From positions 184,636,001-184,700,000 of the forward strand of contig OX597815.1 of the NCBI GenBank assembly GCA_951406725.2: a DNA stretch of 64,000 nt, given 5' to 3'. This document shows positions 40,021 to 54,131 of the stretch, in pieces. This stretch comes from Octopus vulgaris. Its lineage: Eukaryota. Position 1 is the first letter of the stretch; each line of letters begins with the position of its first letter. Position numbers and translations under genes: made by a program. The notes under the pieces are model-generated. The model saw only the letters and a list, made by a program, of their open reading frames with translations. It had not been told where the DNA came from and did not search any database.

Positions 40021-40425
40021 GGCGTAGGGGTGGCTGTGTGGTAAGTAGCTTGCTTACGAACCTCATGGTTCCGGGTTCAATCCCACTGCCGGGCACCTTG
40101 TGCAAGTGTCTTCTATTATAGCCTCCGGCAGACCAGTCCCTTCTGAGTGGATTTGGTAAACGGAAACTGAAAGAATCCCGTCGTATATATGTATATGTAT
40201 GTGTGTGTATATGTTTGTGTGTCTCTGTTTGTCCCCCCAACATCACTTGACAACCGATGCTGGTGTGTTAACGTCCCCGTAACATAGCGGTTCGGCAAAA
40301 GAAAGCGATAGAATAAGTACACGGCTTACAAAGAATAAGTCCTGGGGTCGATTTGCTCGACTAAAGGCGGTGCTCCAGCATGGCGACAGTCAAATGATTG
40401 AAACAAGTAAAAGAGTAAAAGAATA
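40021..40425 (+). mobile_element. SINE A full length
   Basis: Family sequence. Confidence 0.88.
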
Positions 40426-41244
40426 ATAAGGGCAGAAAATTTAGAGAAATTTTCTACTGGTGGCCAGCATGCAGTAATAAAGTCAATAGACAATATATTT
40501 TTCATATAAAATAGTGTGCGTATTTATACACAAAAGAGGGTTCAGGACACTTTACATGCTAGAAAGGGTAGTAAAAGCCCAAACCACGAATAAGAGTAAT
40601 TTCACAGTGAATGAAAAATAAAAATGTTACTGTAGTTACTCCCAGATTCGAATATCTGCATTAATGTGCAAATAAATTAATTTGCCATCCATGCCTCTTC
40701 AGAAAGGGTTCGAAGATTAGTGCTTATTTATGCAGCACGGAAGATACACGTGCTACATACTTATTCATTATAATTTTTCAAATCCACCGCGCAAGCGCAG
40801 TTACCTTCGACAGCAAATAAAATTAATAAAAGATTTCAACTCGGTACCAAAGGGCTTCAAAACTACGAAGATTTTACTGTGAAAATAATAAACTTACCAT
40901 AGATGAATATTTATGTGAAACTAATAAACTTATGACAGATATATATTATCGAATTAGGAGAGAGATTCAATTGATATAAATTAATTAACTAATCAATCAA
41001 TTAATTAATTAACATATTCACCTAGTTGTTTCATTTCAATGTGATTATGTTAATCAATTAATAAATTAATCCGTAGCCATTAGATCTCTCTGTTTTATAA
41101 CTCGATTATAGTATTTTGATATTCCATATCATATATTCATTGAAGAAATGTCTCTTCAAAATAAATATTATATATATTAAACCAGTGAATTTTGAATATA
41201 AATATCCCTATAAGAGGTTTAAATATCCTCATTGTGACTAGTAT

Positions 41245-41412
41245 ATCACCGTGACCTACCAGGCTATCAGATGGTGCTACACATCGCTGGTCACAATACG
41301 CTTCGCATTGTTTTAGCCTTCAAATGACGCCACCCCGCTGGCTAAGCGAGCGGGCCAACAGAAGAAAGAGTGAGAGAAAATTGTGGCGAAAGAGTATAGC
41401 AGGGATCGCCCC
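41245..41412 (-). mobile_element. SINE D 3' part, tail type 2
   Basis: Reverse complement of about 54995-55166. Confidence 0.8.
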
Positions 41413-41415
41413 CCC

Positions 41416-41469
<54 letters not shown>

Positions 41470-41473
<4 letters not shown>

Positions 41474-42650
41474 CTTTTCCAGTAATTGCATATTCTGCTG
41501 TAGATGTTGCACTGGTGGTCAGTATAATCGGGGTGTGGGGAAAATGGACTTGGCTTTATGCTGGAAACTTTTCTCTCTGAAGGTGTTGAGCCAGGCTGCT
41601 TCAAAGTAGATGTCTTTGTAGTACGAGCTTCTCAACTGAGCTCTACTCAGTGCTACCAATCTCTTTTCAGATATTAATGTACGTCTTCAATGTCCTTATG
41701 ATGGAAGAGAAGAGTGGCCTTGGTGCCTGTCAGTAAAGCCAAGCTGATCATATAATAGTGCTTTAGGTAAGAGAATGTTTTTCCCGAGTACCACAAAGAC
41801 AAACAATCTCGGTTCTGCTTTGATACTCTTTTACTTGTTTCAGCCATTTGACTGCGGCCATGCTGGAGCATCGCCTTTAGTCGAGCAGATCGACCCCAGG
41901 ACTTATTCTTTGTAAGCCCAGTACTTATTCTATCGGTGTCTTTTACCGAACCACTAAATTACGGAGACGTAAACACACCAGCATCGGTTGTCAAGCGATG
42001 TTGGGGAGACAAACACAGACACACAAACACATATATATATATACATATATACGACGGGCTTCATTCAGTTTCCATCTACCAAATTCACTCACAAGGCTTT
42101 GGCCGACCCGAGGCTGTAGTAGAAGACACTACCAAAGTACCACGCAGTGAGACTGAACCCGAAATCATGTGGTTAGTAAGCAAGCTACTTACCACACAAC
42201 CAAAGGAAGATTCCTATGCCTAGCATATCGCATCTTGCATGACGATCTGCGTTGGGGACTTTGTTCTCTAACTTGATGTTAGAAATTGAAGACAACGAAT
42301 GTGGAATGTGTTTAATTATTTGATATGGTGCCTGTAGAATGTCCATTGTTCACAGCTATATAGGAGTGAGGTAAGCACAACTGTTGGTAGATGCTATGAT
42401 CTGCTTACAGTTTTTGCTTGCCTCAGAGCTGGGATATTTCTCCATCAGGCTGGGCATTGTTTGACAAGATGCTTCCCTCGGAGCAGAATTTTGGAAATAC
42501 GTGTATTAAGATATCATCTACCATTGTAATAAGATCCTGATTGCGCTGTCCACGTGCTGGATAGTGCAAGATCCTGTCTTTCTCAAGCCGATTGTTTAGC
42601 CAATAGATTTGGCGACATTTGCAAAGCTGTCCACTAATGCTCCGATGCCT
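41470..42650 (-). mobile_element. Decayed RTE (BovB-like) LINE 3' region, interrupted by SINE A (41825-42200)
   Basis: LVDSFANVAKSIG*TIGLRKT; KFCSEGSILSNNA; VVLTSLLYSCEQWTFYRHHIK*LNTFHIRCL; LLPKALLYDQL. Confidence 0.8.
41825..42200 (-). mobile_element. SINE A
   Basis: Family sequence. Confidence 0.85.
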
Positions 42651-42655
42651 TGTAG

Positions 42656-42704
<49 letters not shown>

Positions 42705-44069
42705 ATACACACACACGCACACACATACACTCACACACACACACACACACTCATACACACACACGCACACACACTCACACACACACGCACAATGTTTGTA
42801 TATACGTATGTTAATTTATATATAGATTTACTATAATCCGTTGTTAATTTAAGAGATTACTTCAACGAAAGGGATATTTGTACATGGTAAACGAAATTCT
42901 CTCTTATCATTGATTTTTATCTGTAATATTCGACATACATTTCGTCCCGTGATATGCAAAGAAAACCTACCTAAATCTCTATAGTTGTTGGAAAGTTTTC
43001 AGGCGCGCACAGCTATGACCAGACGATTAATGATTTTGAATGCCACACTGAAATATTAATTAAATGCATATAAACAAACTTTCAGGCTGAAAGGCGCAGG
43101 CCTTTAATATGATTTGTAGTGAATGTTGTAGAAAGCTAATGCGACGTATAGTATGTAAGTAAATTGCTTCCTGATAATTAAGAATAGAAGATATTCACAT
43201 AAACCAGACACAGCTAATTGAAAATTGATTGAGAGAACTGGTCAATTATATTAATGCTTAGATTTTCATTTCTGTTGTGTACTCAAAACCAATTCTAACT
43301 TCTTTTCATAAAATCTCGTTTAAAACCTATTTTTGAACATTAAATGTTTACACATGAGTGATTTCGTTTTATATGAAAGTATTAATTTCATGGAAATAAT
43401 TAAATATATATTTACAGGGTATTCCCTATATCAACAGAAACACAACAACTTTCCTGCTTTATAATTGAAAACATTTTTCAGTGATTTAATGTGAAATGAA
43501 ATATATTTGTAGATCTATTTTTAGGTCCTTAATATTTGTTTATAATTTAACACTTAAAAATACAATTCTGAAAAACGTTAGTGTTTTTAACAAAGATATA
43601 TGGTCACACATACATAAATATTCACATACGATTAATTAGAGAGCTGAAAACTATTCTCTCTTTAAAGTAGTAGTGTGTTGTCAACTTAATGAGACAGTCC
43701 CATGAAAGGGAAGAATGCTACTGTTATTTAGTCCTAGGAAACACCGTTTCCTGCGAAAGCGCTCACAGGAAACACTGTTCAATAACCTCGTTATAGATGT
43801 TTTTTATTTCCGTATAATTAACAATTATAGGTAAAATTTCCACTTTTTTTTCTTATTTTTATTGTCCTAAAATTTTCGTTGCGTCTCGCAACAATAAAAT
43901 TTTTTTAAAAATTAAATTTTACCTGTGAGTGTGTTACATAAGGCACAAAAACAAAAAATAACAATCATAGATTAATATTGGGTCATTATTAATTCAATAA
44001 GCATTTTGCAAATGTTGTGAAGGTATCGGGAAAGTTTTCTTAAATTTAAAAATTTTTACGCACACATTC

Positions 44070-44107
<38 letters not shown>

Positions 44108-44554
44108 CTATGCAGGAAATACCGGGGAGCACACATCAGCTAATCTGCTCTACTCTTTATTTTATACAAGAACCATTATTCCTAGATGCTAACACTATAT
44201 TTTCTCTCCTTAGAATGTTGAGAATTCATATTTGTAAAGGAGATTGCAACCTCGACTACGACTTAACGTCATCTTTTCGTTGTCACGACTGCGTTTACTC
44301 AACTATCGCGTCCCGTTGTGACGGCGTCGAAAATCCCCAATAACTTTCGATATTTTCCCGTTTTCTGCGCATCTAGATATATGTCATTCGAGCGTAAATT
44401 GAATGAACCTGACATAATTAGAAACAGGGAGATGAATATCGCTAGATATTACACACAAACACTACACACACACACACACACATAATCTTTCTCTCTCCCT
44501 CTCTCTCTCTCTCACTTTCTCTCTCTTTCTCCCTCACACACACACACACAATTC

Positions 44555-44748
44555 ACTTCTACTATAAGCACAACGGCCTGAAATTTGAGAGAAGGGCTAG
44601 TCGATTAACCGAAATGGTGAAAGTCAACCCCGAAATTATGAAAGGCAACGTCAACACCGGTGACATTTAAACACGGAACGTAAAGATGGCCGAAATACTG
44701 CTAAGCATTTCATATGGCGCGTTAACTATTCTGGCAGCTTGCCGCCTT
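44555..44748 (-). mobile_element. Diverged SINE B
   Basis: Head GGCAGCTTGCCGCCTT and core similarity. Confidence 0.65.
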
Positions 44749-45211
44749 ACACACGTATATTTTTGCCTATTAGAAGAACCGCTTTCAGCAATGATATATA
44801 AGAGATACACACATACATAACGTGACCTACAATAACCTTAAGAAGATTAGTTATATTTTTTCTGCCAGCTTAGAAGTTTCATTATTGGCAAAAGATCGAT
44901 TTATGAATTTGTTTTCTAACGGTTTTAGTCATTACTGAGTTTTAATGAAATATATTCTAGAAGTCTAATGACTATTGAATCTCATATTTCTAATTGTATA
45001 CAAATAAAATTAGATACTTACATCAGCCACCGAAAGCAGAAAAAAAAAAGCTTTTAACTAAAGTAAGTAGATTGAATACGAACTTCTCAGTTAATGTTTA
45101 AACTGCTATAATATGTTGTAAACTCTTCTTCAATATTCTCTGATATGTTATGTTTATATAGGACACTTTAGAGCGTGGTCGATTCATATTATAATTTGTT
45201 GTCTAGACGAT

Positions 45212-45593
45212 TGTGGCACTCCGTCGGTTACGACGACAAGGAGTGTTCCAGTTAATTCGATCAATGGAACAGCCCGTTCGTGAAATTAATGTGCGAGTGG
45301 CTGAGCACTCCACAGACACGTGTACCCTTAACGTAGTTCTCGTGGAGATTCAGCGTGACACGGCGTGTGACAAGGCTGGCCCTTCGAAATACTGGTACAA
45401 CAGAAACAGGAAGAAAGAGTGAAAGCTGTGGTGAAAGAGTAAAGCAGGGTTTATCGCCACCCCCTGCCGGAGCCTCGTAGAGCTTTAGGTGTTTTCGCTC
45501 AATAAACACTCACAACGCCCGGTCTGGTAATCGAAACCGCGATCCTACGACCGCGAGTCCGCTATCCTAACCACTGGGCCATTGTGCTTCGAC
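45212..45593 (-). mobile_element. SINE D, tail type 1
   Basis: TSD TGTCTAGA(C/T)GAT. Confidence 0.88.
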
Positions 45594-47161
45594 TGTCTAG
45601 ATGATAACTGGAACAAAATGCTTAAGCAGTATCTAACATTAAATATATCATTACTGATATACATAATATATAAAAGTTTGTTGTGGGGGAGACAAATGTT
45701 CTGCAATAACGGGAAAATCATTTTTTTTTCAGAGGAAAGATCATGTCTTAAAGGCTCCTTCTCTTACTCATAGCAGACTGGACTACGAACCAACAATAAG
45801 ACCTGTACATTGACCGTCAACTAGTAACCGCAATCTATTCCTTGAAAATGGGTTTTACAATGTCTTAAGCATCAGTAATATCCGAATTTTGGCGTCTATG
45901 ACGTGTTTGACCAATGCTTTACTTAAGTAGGCGTGTACTAGTGGCAGTAACAACAGCAGAATATAATAGGCCACTGCTGGATTTCCATTTCAGGCCAGTT
46001 ATATTTCTAATGAACAAAATTATTTGACAGAGAAATAATTATCATTCCAATCCTTGCCATGGATCCTCACTCCTAGGAAATATTTGATTAAATTTTCGCA
46101 ACTCCTACAAAGGTAACTTCTCATTTGAAAATGAAAAAAAAATCCATTTTCTAATAACTTGTTTCAATAGAAATAAACGTTGTGCTGTGGATGAACAAAT
46201 TGAGCCCCAAACAAATTAAGCCTTTGCTTCAGTGCATAAAATGAAAACGTAAGCCAACATTGTAAAAGCACCAAGTAAACAGTAAAATCCAATCACATTT
46301 GCGATCATAAAATTCAGCTCTTCTTTCATGAAGTGGAATATTCTTGTTGATTGCTGGCAATTTCAGGCAATTTCTAAATCAGTTTTGATTGAGAGATGAG
46401 AACTGAATCAAGATTTACTCTGGTATGACGTTACAAATGTAATGGTGACTTTTCCATCAAGTGATATGAATATATCCACTGCTAAAAACCAAAGCATCTC
46501 CAAAGTTCTGCTTTCGATTCAATCCTAGAGCTCAATTTGCGTGCATTTTAAATGCGATCTTCCGTTTGTTAGTCATCAGCTGATATTTTCTCTAAACTTT
46601 GAGAATGTGAACTCCTGGTCAAACTTTTCCCAAATTTGAGGTTTCCCGCTGCAAATATTCAGCAAACGATTTCGAAAGCACTTCAAAAATAATTTAAACA
46701 TTAAAGGGTTATTTCTACATATATGGAGTAATACAGTTCTTTCTATGATTAATGAAATTATTTTTAATTATTGATTAATAATTTTATTCGGAAAAACTAT
46801 TTTAAAATGGTATATACTTTCCCTCCATTGCATTCCCTGAAATGTCATCTCGCCCCCGCAAGGATGGAGACGTGGCATTTCGGGAAGTGAATCTCATGTT
46901 GGGAATCCCTAACTTATTCTGGCATTTATCCTCAAGCAATGTTTTATAACATCAAATTATCAAAGTTCATCTTTGAGATCGAATGTGAATCATAGTAAAA
47001 TAAGTTTGCTTTTAAACTATAAAGAAAATAGATGAACAGCCGACGGCAAAATCGACAGAACAAATTCCAGAGAATAATGTAAATATCCAGCTAACATGTA
47101 CTTGATAATGTTATTAGCACAAATTTTCAAATAAAGATTGTTGTTTTTATTCAACTACGAG

Positions 47162-47477
47162 TGAACGCAGAGCCTAAAGACGGGCAAAATACCTATTTCT
47201 TTATTACCCACAAGGGGCTAAACACAGAGGGGATAAACAAGGACAGACATAGGTATTAAGTCGATTACATCGACCCCAGTGCGTAACTGGTACTTAATTT
47301 ATCGACCCCGAAAGGATGAAAGGCAAAGTCGACCTCGGCGGAATTCGAACTCACAACGTAACGCAGACGAAATACCGCTAAGCATTTCGCCCGGCGTGCT
47401 AACGTTTCTGCCAGCTCGCCGCCAAAATACCACTAAGCATTTGTCTGGCGCGCTAATGATTCTGCCAGCTTGCCGCC
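47162..47477 (-). mobile_element. Young full-length SINE B (47194-47423) nested in an older SINE B
   Basis: 8-bp TSD AAAATACC at 47186-47193 and 47424-47431; old head 47432-47477, old body resumes at 47185-47162. Confidence 0.88.
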
Positions 47478-47945
47478 GTACACACACATATTGTCGCCTA
47501 TTAAGAGAATCGTTTTCATCAATAATATTTATGAGATACTCACTTACATGTCCTAAATTTACTATGAATACTATTGTATAAATCTATGACAGAAATCTAT
47601 GACAAATTCTGAGGTTGTATGTGAATATGTACAGCAGTATTTTCGGGGAAGGTGTGTTACTGTGTTGAACTTTTCTTAAGGGTTTTATGTCGATTTGTGT
47701 TGCACGTCTGACCCTCCGTAAAGTTTTATTTTAGCACTTATGGGAGTAACTGTTTTCGAAGTCTCATATTGTCGTTTAATGCTCGAAATGAACAGTAGAT
47801 AGACAGCCAACAACTGATGAAGGGTCTTTCTTTATGTTACTTGTCCTGTTTTCCAATTTTTTCTCTCATTGTTTGCGTATTGAACTCATTTGTTTTCGTA
47901 TGTCTTGTTGTTTACTGTAGTTGACCTCCTGTACCCATACATGCA

Positions 47946-48027
<82 letters not shown>

Positions 48028-48043
48028 CATACGATATAGTATA

Positions 48044-48155
48044 TAGGGTATTCAGCACGCTAGAAAGAACAGCTAGGTTCTGTAAACCACAAAAATAACG
48101 TTATTTTTGTGGTTTACAGAACCTAGATGTTTTCTCTAGCGTGCTGAATTCCCTA
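48044..48155. repeat. Near-perfect spacerless palindrome of about 112 bp
   Basis: Arms mirror around AACGTT (48097-48102). Confidence 0.9.
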
Positions 48156-48307
48156 GAAGTGGATTCCTTATGTGTTTAAATATACACTATGTCGTATGAC
48201 TAATATATAGTCTTCTTGACAATTTTTTTTTGCCCGTTAGACCACTGGAAATGTAAATTTTGATTGAATGTTTTAATTTTAATTAAATTCCATTTCCCTT
48301 TGACATG

Positions 48308-48369
<62 letters not shown>

Positions 48370-48934
48370 CACTAGTGTCTTTTGTTATTGAAATAAACTT
48401 TGCACATGCCACTGGCCTGGTAGCTATGAATTTTAATGTTTCTTAGAGAAAGATGCATTGTTCAACTCCATCGCGGTCTTAATTACACAGTCAAATATAA
48501 AACTTTGATGGCAATGGAAGATTAAGGTGATCGAAACATAATGCAGATACAAATGTTCAAAAAATATATTTATCTCTAAACATGGAAGTAATTCAGAGTG
48601 GGTGTTAACACGCCGCTGTATTTCCTTGGGCGAAATACTTTACTCCGATCGTTTTAGTAGCTGTGAGTTCTACTACTACAAATCATGCATTTTAGTAGTT
48701 TATTTTATCGACACAAACAGCGTCGCTTTGGCATTCTTTAAAGCCAGACATACACACACACTTACACACACACTTACACACACACGCACACGTGCGCACA
48801 TATACACACACATCCATATCACTCACTCCACTTCCACCTCTCACTCACTCCACCACCACCTTTCATTCACTCAATTTCCACCTCTCACTCACTTCATCAC
48901 CACCTCTCTCTCACTCCTCTCCACCTCTTTAACT

Positions 48935-49117
48935 AACTATGTTACGGGGACGTAAACACACCATAATCGGTTGTCGAGCGATGGTGGGGGACAAACACAG
49001 ACACACAAACACACATACATATATATACGACGGCTTCTTTCCCTTTCCGTCTACCAAATCCACTAACATGGCTTTGGTCGGCCCAAGGCTATAGTAAAAG
49101 ACACTTGCGCAAGGTGC
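48935..49117 (-). mobile_element. SINE A internal fragment
   Basis: Family sequence. Confidence 0.75.
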
Positions 49118-49220
49118 TACTATTATATAGATTATTTTCATTATTATCATTATTTTTCTTTCGTTTTTGGATTTGGTTTGCAAGACTCTTAATGGGAGTT
49201 CATGTGTTGAAGCATATTCT

Positions 49221-49397
49221 GTTGTGTCTGGGGAGAGTCATTCTCTTTTAGTGTCTTATAATTCAACACACACACACAGGTAAAATTTCCACTCATTTAT
49301 TTATTTTTCTAAAATTTTCGTTGCGTCTTGCAACCTTTCGCAAGACGCAACGAAAATTCTGAGGCACTAAAAGAGAATGACTCTCCCCAGACACAAC
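49221..49397. mobile_element. Fold-back repeat, probably PLE-derived; related copy at about 43830-43950
   Basis: 49221-49256 is inverted with 49362-49397; GTTGC aagac GCAAC-GAAA resembles an HHR stem II. Confidence 0.55.
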
Positions 49398-49794
49398 ATA
49401 ATTTTTCTTTCGGTAACTTATAAATATAATAACTATCGCAAAGTGTATAAACATTGTGGTTCGTATACAAATACATATAATTTGCATTTAATGTGTGTAA
49501 ATATATTTCACTTTACATATAAATAGATTCCATTTACATTTAAAACGTATTGGTATATTTTGTTTTGTATAATAAACATATTCCTTTTGCATTTAAAGTG
49601 TTTGTGTATTCTTCAATTTCATTTTGTATAATAATATATTCTAATCGGATTTGAAATTTTAAATGAATTTGTAATTAGATTTTATCTTTAATAAATAACA
49701 ACTGAAATATTCCTCTCAGGGATTTTTTTCTGAATCAGTCCTTTTATATAGAGCAACAGCCAGAACTCAATCGTTACATCCGAATATTAAGAGC

Positions 49795-50105
49795 ACTCTT
49801 AAATATATCTTGGGGACCTCATCCTACCAAGAAACAGATGTATGGACATCTGTCTGTTTCTGTCGTTATAATGGAAGGCGCTGCGCTTTGCAGGATATTG
49901 CTTGCCAGCTAAAGCTCAGCTGGTAAGTGGCCTACCGCTCTGCATGCCAAAGCATGGCCATACTCGAGCAGATCATCCAAACACACAACATATGTAGATC
50001 AACTCACCAGGGAAACTGGATACCCCCTCGTAGACCACCCTCGACTTATGCAGGACCGAGATGGTTGCGTGAGTTAAAAATGTCTGAGCAAGCTAGACCA
50101 GAAGA
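49795..50105 (+). mobile_element. RTE/RTE-X LINE 3' fragment
   Basis: HPTKKQMYGHL..LRFAGYC..TYVDQLTRETG..LMQDRDG. Confidence 0.75.
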
Positions 50106-50802
50106 TAATACGGAAATAAATGTTTTACATTATCGAATAGTAATGATTTTATTCAAATATTTGCAAAACCAGAATCTCTAATGTTCAAAATATTCTCTTA
50201 AAGGTAACATAAAAATAATAGCGACAAAAGCAAGATTAATACAAAAAAGGTAATAATCATCCCCGATTAAAAGTGGACGTTGTATTACAATACAGAATAC
50301 TGAGTAATCTACTGTGCACAAAACCTCGCATATGGACTTGTGGATGAACTACAAGTCTATATGAGAAGTTCTATCTTGCTAACTTGTGCAGTATTATGCG
50401 TTCTAACACGACATTCACTTTTAATTGGGGATAAACTTCATAAAAATGTTAGATTAAAAATCCAATAACACTTTTTTTTACTTTCACATTTTAGGAGTAG
50501 ATTACAGTCTTATACGAGTTTTAAGCGCTAAAATTTATCATTTTAGCGAAATCAGAAATGGATTAATGTGAAGAGTGCAGGAGTAATTTGAAACCGGGTT
50601 CAAGCTATACCCGGGAAAGGGGCACGGGGGGAGGATAATTTAAAATCGATTTCAGATTATCAGGCGGTAACTTGGAATAGGGTGTGGTTAACTTGAATAT
50701 TTATAGCAGTATTATTTCTATTCAAAATGCTTAACATACTTATTACAAGCTAAAATACTTTCGAACTCTTACAAAGTAAACCACGAACGATGCTTTTCAA
50801 TA

Positions 50803-51448
50803 TGGAGTGGCTGTGTGGTAAGAAGCTTGCTTCCTAATCATATGGTTCCAGGTTCAGTTCCACTGCGTGGCACCTTGGGCAAGTGTCTTCTCATATAGCC
50901 ACCGGCCAGCCAAAACTATGATGGTTAATTTGGTAGACGGAAACTGAAATAAGGCGGCCAGTTGGCAGAAACGTTAGCACGCCGGGCGAAATGCGTAGCC
51001 GTATTTCGTCTGCCGTTACGTTGTGAGTTCAAATTTCGCCGAGGTCGACTTTGCCTTTCATCCTTTTGGAGTCGATGAAATAAGTACCAGTTACGCACTG
51101 GGGTCGATATAATCGACTTAATCCGTTTGGCTGTCCTTGTTTGTCCTCTCTGTGTTTAGCCCCTTGTGGGTAGTAAAGAAATAGGAAACTGAAAGAAGCT
51201 CAAAGTGTGTATGCATATGTGTGTGTGTGTGCGTGCGCGCGCTTCTATATGCCCTTCTCCATCGTTTGACAACCGGTGTTGGTGTGTTTACGTCTCCGTG
51301 AGTCAACGGTCCTGCACAAGTGACCGATACAATAAGCACCAGGCTGACAAAAGTAAGTACCGGGCTCAATTCATTTAACTAAAAATTCCTCAAGGTGGTG
51401 CCCCAGCATGGCCGCAGCCATGTCTGAAACAAGTAAATAATAAAATAG
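50803..51448 (+). mobile_element. SINE A interrupted by SINE B (50951-51183)
   Basis: 11-bp TSD GGAAACTGAAA at 50939-50949 and 51184-51194. Confidence 0.88.
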
Positions 51449-51759
51449 AAAAGAATTATATCATTATCTTTTTTTTCTTTGTCCAGGTAAAAGCTTAATT
51501 ACAGCGTTTCAGATTTCTTTTATTTTTAAAATACAAAACACAGTTCCGTCATTGTTTTGCAATTGAATCAACTTGAAGCCCCTGTTGAGTAAGAAACGGT
51601 AAAATATTTTCTGAGATAAAACCATTAAATAGCATCATGCTAAGCTCTAATGTTTTACATTTCGATTTATTTTCCCATAACTTAAACTTCTCAGACATAT
51701 TAAATAAATCATAAAATAAATACCCATAAATTTTCTTTCTCTTTCTCTCTCTCACACGC

Positions 51760-51848
51760 ACATACACACACACACACACATACGTACATATATACTTACA
51801 TATATATATATGTGTATGTGTGTATACACACATATATATTATACATAT

Positions 51849-51892
<44 letters not shown>

Positions 51893-51938
51893 ATATGTAT
51901 ATATACATACATACACACACACACATATATATAGAGAG

Positions 51939-51988
<50 letters not shown>

Positions 51989-52048
51989 GACATTAAATTC
52001 ATTATGAAGTATATATTGATACATGTAGATATATATATATACACACGT

Positions 52049-52087
<39 letters not shown>

Positions 52088-52100
52088 TATAGAGATAGAT
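51760..52100. repeat. Compound microsatellite (CA)(TA)(AGAT)
   Basis: Directly visible. Confidence 0.95.
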
Positions 52101-52666
52101 GTAATGGCGTGGGTTTGTAGTGGTATGTGCGTATGTTTTCATATATTTGTGTAGGAGAGGACTCAGATGATGTTTAAACAGCCCCAGTCTGTGAAACTGT
52201 TTTCAATATTGTTCTGAAGCTATTTCAAAACTATCATTTTGTCTCGTTGGCAGGTAATTGAGAACGATCACCAACTGATATATTGCTCTGTCTAATTCAG
52301 ATATGAAATTATCTCTGTATAAAATCAGATTCATTTTTCCATCAAAATATACTGAAAGCGAAATATTTATTTCTCACACTAAATAAGATGATTGAGTTCT
52401 AATTGTAATACAGGAAATTTCGTTTTTATTACTGCATGTTCTAACTTGGGATTATAACCTGAGAAGGATTAACGTACTGTGTGGTTAACAAGCTTACTTT
52501 ATAAATGTAAACTCTTAAAAATTATGTCCCAGCATGGCTGCAGTCCAATCGCTGAGTGCTTAAATCTGTGTATAATACTGAACGTTTACTCTTCAAATAA
52601 AAGCAATTCAAATGTGAAAATGAGCATTGCATCACATCCTTATTAGATATAATATAGCACGTTTTA

Positions 52667-52971
52667 TCTTTATATATAAAACTGAAGTTGTGTGTATGTC
52701 TGTCTACTCAGATTTAGATTCCTAACTACTCCCACATTTTCCGGTGCAGTTTAACCAAAAGCGGGTATCTTATAGTCGTGATTCATATCGAACCCTTCTG
52801 GGTATTAGCGCGCGTCTACGATGAGTCTACGATTTAAAAATAAATTTACCATCATTTTTCCGCATTTTTAATGCATTTTTTGCTCGGTTTATATAAGGAA
52901 AGTAACTCTCTAAAAATCCTTATATAGTTATTTCCCTTACAAATCCGAGCAACGCCGGGCGATACTGCTAG
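52667..52971 (+). mobile_element. Non-autonomous Helitron
   Basis: A|TC.TTATATATAAAA 5' end, subterminal hairpin CCGAGCAACGCCGGG, CTAG|T 3' end, no TSD. Confidence 0.8.
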
Positions 52972-53029
52972 TCGTATATAACTTACCATGCACATGTGTT
53001 ACCACAGTACGCATAACGCTAAATTGATT

Positions 53030-53219
53030 CTCTTTTCTTTCTTTTACTTTTTTAGCAAATCGACCACCCCAGGACTTATTCTTTGTAAGCCTAGTACTTA
53101 TTCTATCAGTCTCTTTTGCCGAACCGCTAAGTTACGGGGACCTTAACACACCATCATCGGTTGTCAAGCGATGTTGGGAGAGAAACACAGACGCACACAC
53201 ACACACACACACACACACA

Positions 53220-53281
<62 letters not shown>

Positions 53282-53447
53282 TACGACAGGTTTCTTTCAG
53301 TTTCGTCTACCAAATCCACTCACAAGGTTTTGGTCAGCCCGAGGGTATAGTAGAAGACACTTGCCCAAGGTGCCACGCAGTGGGACGGAACCCGGAACCA
53401 TGTGGTTGGTGAGCGAGCTACTTACCACACAGTCACTCCTACGTCTA
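53030..53447 (-). mobile_element. SINE A
   Basis: Family sequence. Confidence 0.85.
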
Positions 53448-53712
53448 TATTCATATAATTCATACAAATTTCACTGAAATTTCACAAGTGTAGCTTACCC
53501 TTCATTTTACGCATGAGTACAGTTTCATCCCATTTTTAATTCTTACTTGATATTTTCATATAAAACATTAAAAATGTCATTTTACATGGTTATATTTTCT
53601 CCAACGGATTCGTTGACATCTTTGTTTCATGAGAGCCAATGATTTAGAAATAAGTTAGTAGGTAAGGTAATTAAAGGCTACGGTATATAGGTATATATAC
53701 GGTATATATTAA

Positions 53713-54131
53713 AAGGCGGCGAGCTGACAGAAACGTTAGCACGTCGGGCGAAATGCTTAGCGGTATTTCGTCTGCCGCTATGTTCTGAGTTCAAATTCCA
53801 CCGAGGTCGACTTTGCCTTTCATCCTTTCGGTGTCGATAAAATAAGTACCAGTTATGCACTGGGGTCGAAATAATCGACTTAATCCGTTTGTCTGTCCTT
53901 GTTTTTTCTCTCTGTGTTTAGCCCCTTGTGGGTAGTAAAGAAATAGGTATTTCGTCTGCCGCTATGTTCTGAGTTCAAATTCCGCCGAGGTCGACTTTGC
54001 CTTTCATCCTTTCGGTGTCGATTAAATAAGTACCAGTTACACACTAGGGTCAAAATAATCGACTTAATCCGTTTGTCTGTCCTTGTTTTTTCTCTCTCTG
54101 TGTTCAGCCCCTTGTGAGTAGTAAAGGAATA
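53713..54131 (+). mobile_element. SINE B tandem dimer
   Basis: Second unit starts at GGTATTTCGTCTG (53946); flanks GGTATATA. Confidence 0.9.
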
